Part shown: piece after piece, positions 62,566-64,000 of the stretch
Layout of the letters: each line of letters opens with the position of its first letter
Position numbering within the stretch: position 1 is the first letter of the stretch
From: Chloroflexota bacterium
GTDB taxonomy: Bacteria > Chloroflexota > Dehalococcoidia > DSTF01 > JACRBR01
DNA: 64,000 nucleotides
Direction: 5' to 3'
NCBI GenBank assembly: GCA_028872875.1
Contig: JAGWOC010000009.1
Span: forward strand, 1,806 to 65,805
Made by a program: the position numbers and the translations under genes
Notes under the pieces: model-generated
The model's input: only the letters and a program-made list of their open reading frames with translations
Databases searched by the model: none
Told to the model about the DNA's origin: nothing

Positions 62566-63252
62566 CTACCGCGACGCCGCCGCGGTCTTGCGGAGCAGGA
62601 AGGCGTCCGCGTCGTAGCCACGCAGGTCGCTGAAGTCCTTCACCACAATATCCGGCGCGTAGTCCACCGCGTGCTTCGGGTCCAGCGCGTACTTCCCCTG
62701 CAGCACGTGCACCGTCGTCAGGCGGTCGCCGAGCGCAGCCTTCGAACGCATGAGGATGCCGGGTTTGTCGTCGATGAGGACGAAGTGCCCGGCGTTGAAG
62801 TACGTCTCCACCGCGGGCAGGTGCTTCTCCTTGTGCACGAAGATCAGCACGCGTCCGTCAACGGCCGCCGTCACGCCGGCCTGCACGATCTTGCCGGGCT
62901 GGAAGATCGGGTCACCGTCGGAGACGATCACCGGCACCCCCAGCGACTTCAGATGCGCGATGGTGTCGATCGCGTGCGGATAGAGCCGTGGGCGGAAGTC
63001 CCAGTCCATGAGAGCGGCGGTGGCGCGGTCCACGACGTCGCGCGCCTCCGGGTGCTCGTCGCGGAGACGGCGCATGTTCTCGATGAAGTCCACGACGTCC
63101 GTGTCTTTGCGGACGATCTCGTACAGCTCCCAGAAGCGCGCCGCGAGCGTGGGGCCCAGGATGCCGAGCATCGCCCGTTCCAGGTCGGCCTTCACGCCGT
63201 CGTTGTCGAGGATGGTGTTGTCGACGTCGATCATGAATACGAGCTGGCGCAT
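62566..63252 (-). CDS. HAD-superfamily hydrolase
   Basis: DVDNTILDND, IVSDGD..FQP.KI, LIDDK. Confidence 0.85.
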   Translation of the reverse strand: MRQLVFMIDVDNTILDNDGVKADLERAMLGILGPTLAARFWELYEIVRKDTDVVDFIENMRRLRDEHPEARDVVDRATAALMDWDFRPRLYPHAIDTIAHLKSLGVPVIVSDGDPIFQPGKIVQAGVTAAVDGRVLIFVHKEKHLPAVETYFNAGHFVLIDDKPGILMRSKAALGDRLTTVHVLQGKYALDPKHAVDYAPDIVVKDFSDLRGYDADAFLLRKTAAASR

Positions 63253-63487
63253 GTGATCTCCCTCGCACCCGGAATGGCCGCCGGGGCGGCTGTGTGTGCT
63301 CCTATCAATATAATGCGCCACGCCGCTACGGACATGCCAGCGCCTGTCAACTTGTCATCCGCCGCACGCCGAAGCGTCGGAGCGCGAGCAAGCGGGTCCG
63401 CGGCGCCTTCCCGCACAGTATCGCTCTCGCGGGCCGAAGGCGCAGCGTACGCTCGCTGAGGCTGCCTGCCGATACTTCATCGCTGGC

Positions 63488-64000
63488 ATGACCGACCAAT
63501 CATCGCGCCATCCCGGACGGCCGGGCACCCTCGTCATCGTGGCGCTTGCCATGCTGATCGTGGGTGCCGGGTTCGAGACGACGGCCGTCGCCGCCGCGCT
63601 CGGCCGTGGCAACAGCGTGGGCGACTGGATCTCGTTCTACGCCGCCGGCACGATCGTGCGCCTGGGCGACGGCGCGCGCCTCTACGACCCCGCCATGCAG
63701 GCCGCCGTCCAGCACGGTGTTGTCAGCGGCGCCGGCCAGACGTTCAACGCGTTCCCGCTGCCGACGTTTGTCGCCATGGCCTTCGCGCCGCTCACTGCCG
63801 CCGGGTTCATGCGCAGCTTCGTGATCTGGGCACTACTCAACGCCGTCCTGCTCGGCGCGCTGCTGGCCGCGGCCTGGCGCTACCTCGCCGGCCTCACCGT
63901 GCCGGCGCGCGCAGCGTTCGTGGCGGCCGCCGCCGTCTCAACGCCGGTTGTGAACACGCTGCTGTTCGGGCAGTTCGACCTGTTCGTGCTCGCCGCCGTC
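63488..64000 (+). CDS. Glycosyltransferase family 87 (DUF2029)-like membrane protein, 3' truncated by window
   Basis: Manual translation: TM then GDWISFYAAG..LYDP...FPLPTF..FAPL...W..LN...GQFD. Confidence 0.75.
   Translation, partial: MTDQSSRHPGRPGTLVIVALAMLIVGAGFETTAVAAALGRGNSVGDWISFYAAGTIVRLGDGARLYDPAMQAAVQHGVVSGAGQTFNAFPLPTFVAMAFAPLTAAGFMRSFVIWALLNAVLLGALLAAAWRYLAGLTVPARAAFVAAAAVSTPVVNTLLFGQFDLFVLAAV

Overview
High-GC bacterial chromosomal segment, most consistent with Chloroflexota (Dehalococcoidia-like). This is inferred from rpsL-rpsG-fusA-rpsJ without tuf, a T-box-controlled ilv-leu operon and a split b6-type cytochrome b. Contents by position: 1-10 kb has tandem RimJ/RimL-type GNATs with GTAG-REP-like hairpins, thiE, an EamA transporter, nagB, an LLM oxidoreductase, an orphan TadE/TadG/TadE triad and a convergent LigC/Prim-PolC pair. 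10-16 kb has an unusual Rieske/cytochrome b operon: an unannotated 41-aa single-TM ORF, cytochrome b6 with the heme-ci Cys, an enlarged Trp-rich subunit IV, a 40-aa junction-duplication ORF, a Rieske protein and a cytochrome c / beta-module / type-1 copper fusion. It is followed by two unannotated tandem desulforedoxin-like mini-proteins and an amidohydrolase. 16-25 kb has a Leu T-box and ilvBNC-leuA-[vapBC]-leuCD. 25-36 kb has HtrA, an ACAD-like enzyme, DinB, rfbAB, an SDR, a di-iron protein and an ACT-malic enzyme. 36-57 kb is the str/S10/spc/alpha ribosomal supercluster plus truA-rplM-rpsI. 57-64 kb has rpsT with a histone-like tail, murJ, a zinc-ribbon protein, nhaA, a deoxyhypusine synthase-like gene, a HAD hydrolase and a partial GT87. 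I saw no rRNA, tRNA, CRISPR array or transposase. The best candidates for an undescribed system are the b6-type respiratory operon with its small ORFs and copper-domain cytochrome, and the adjacent desulforedoxin-like pair. All calls come from reading motifs by eye; no searches were run.
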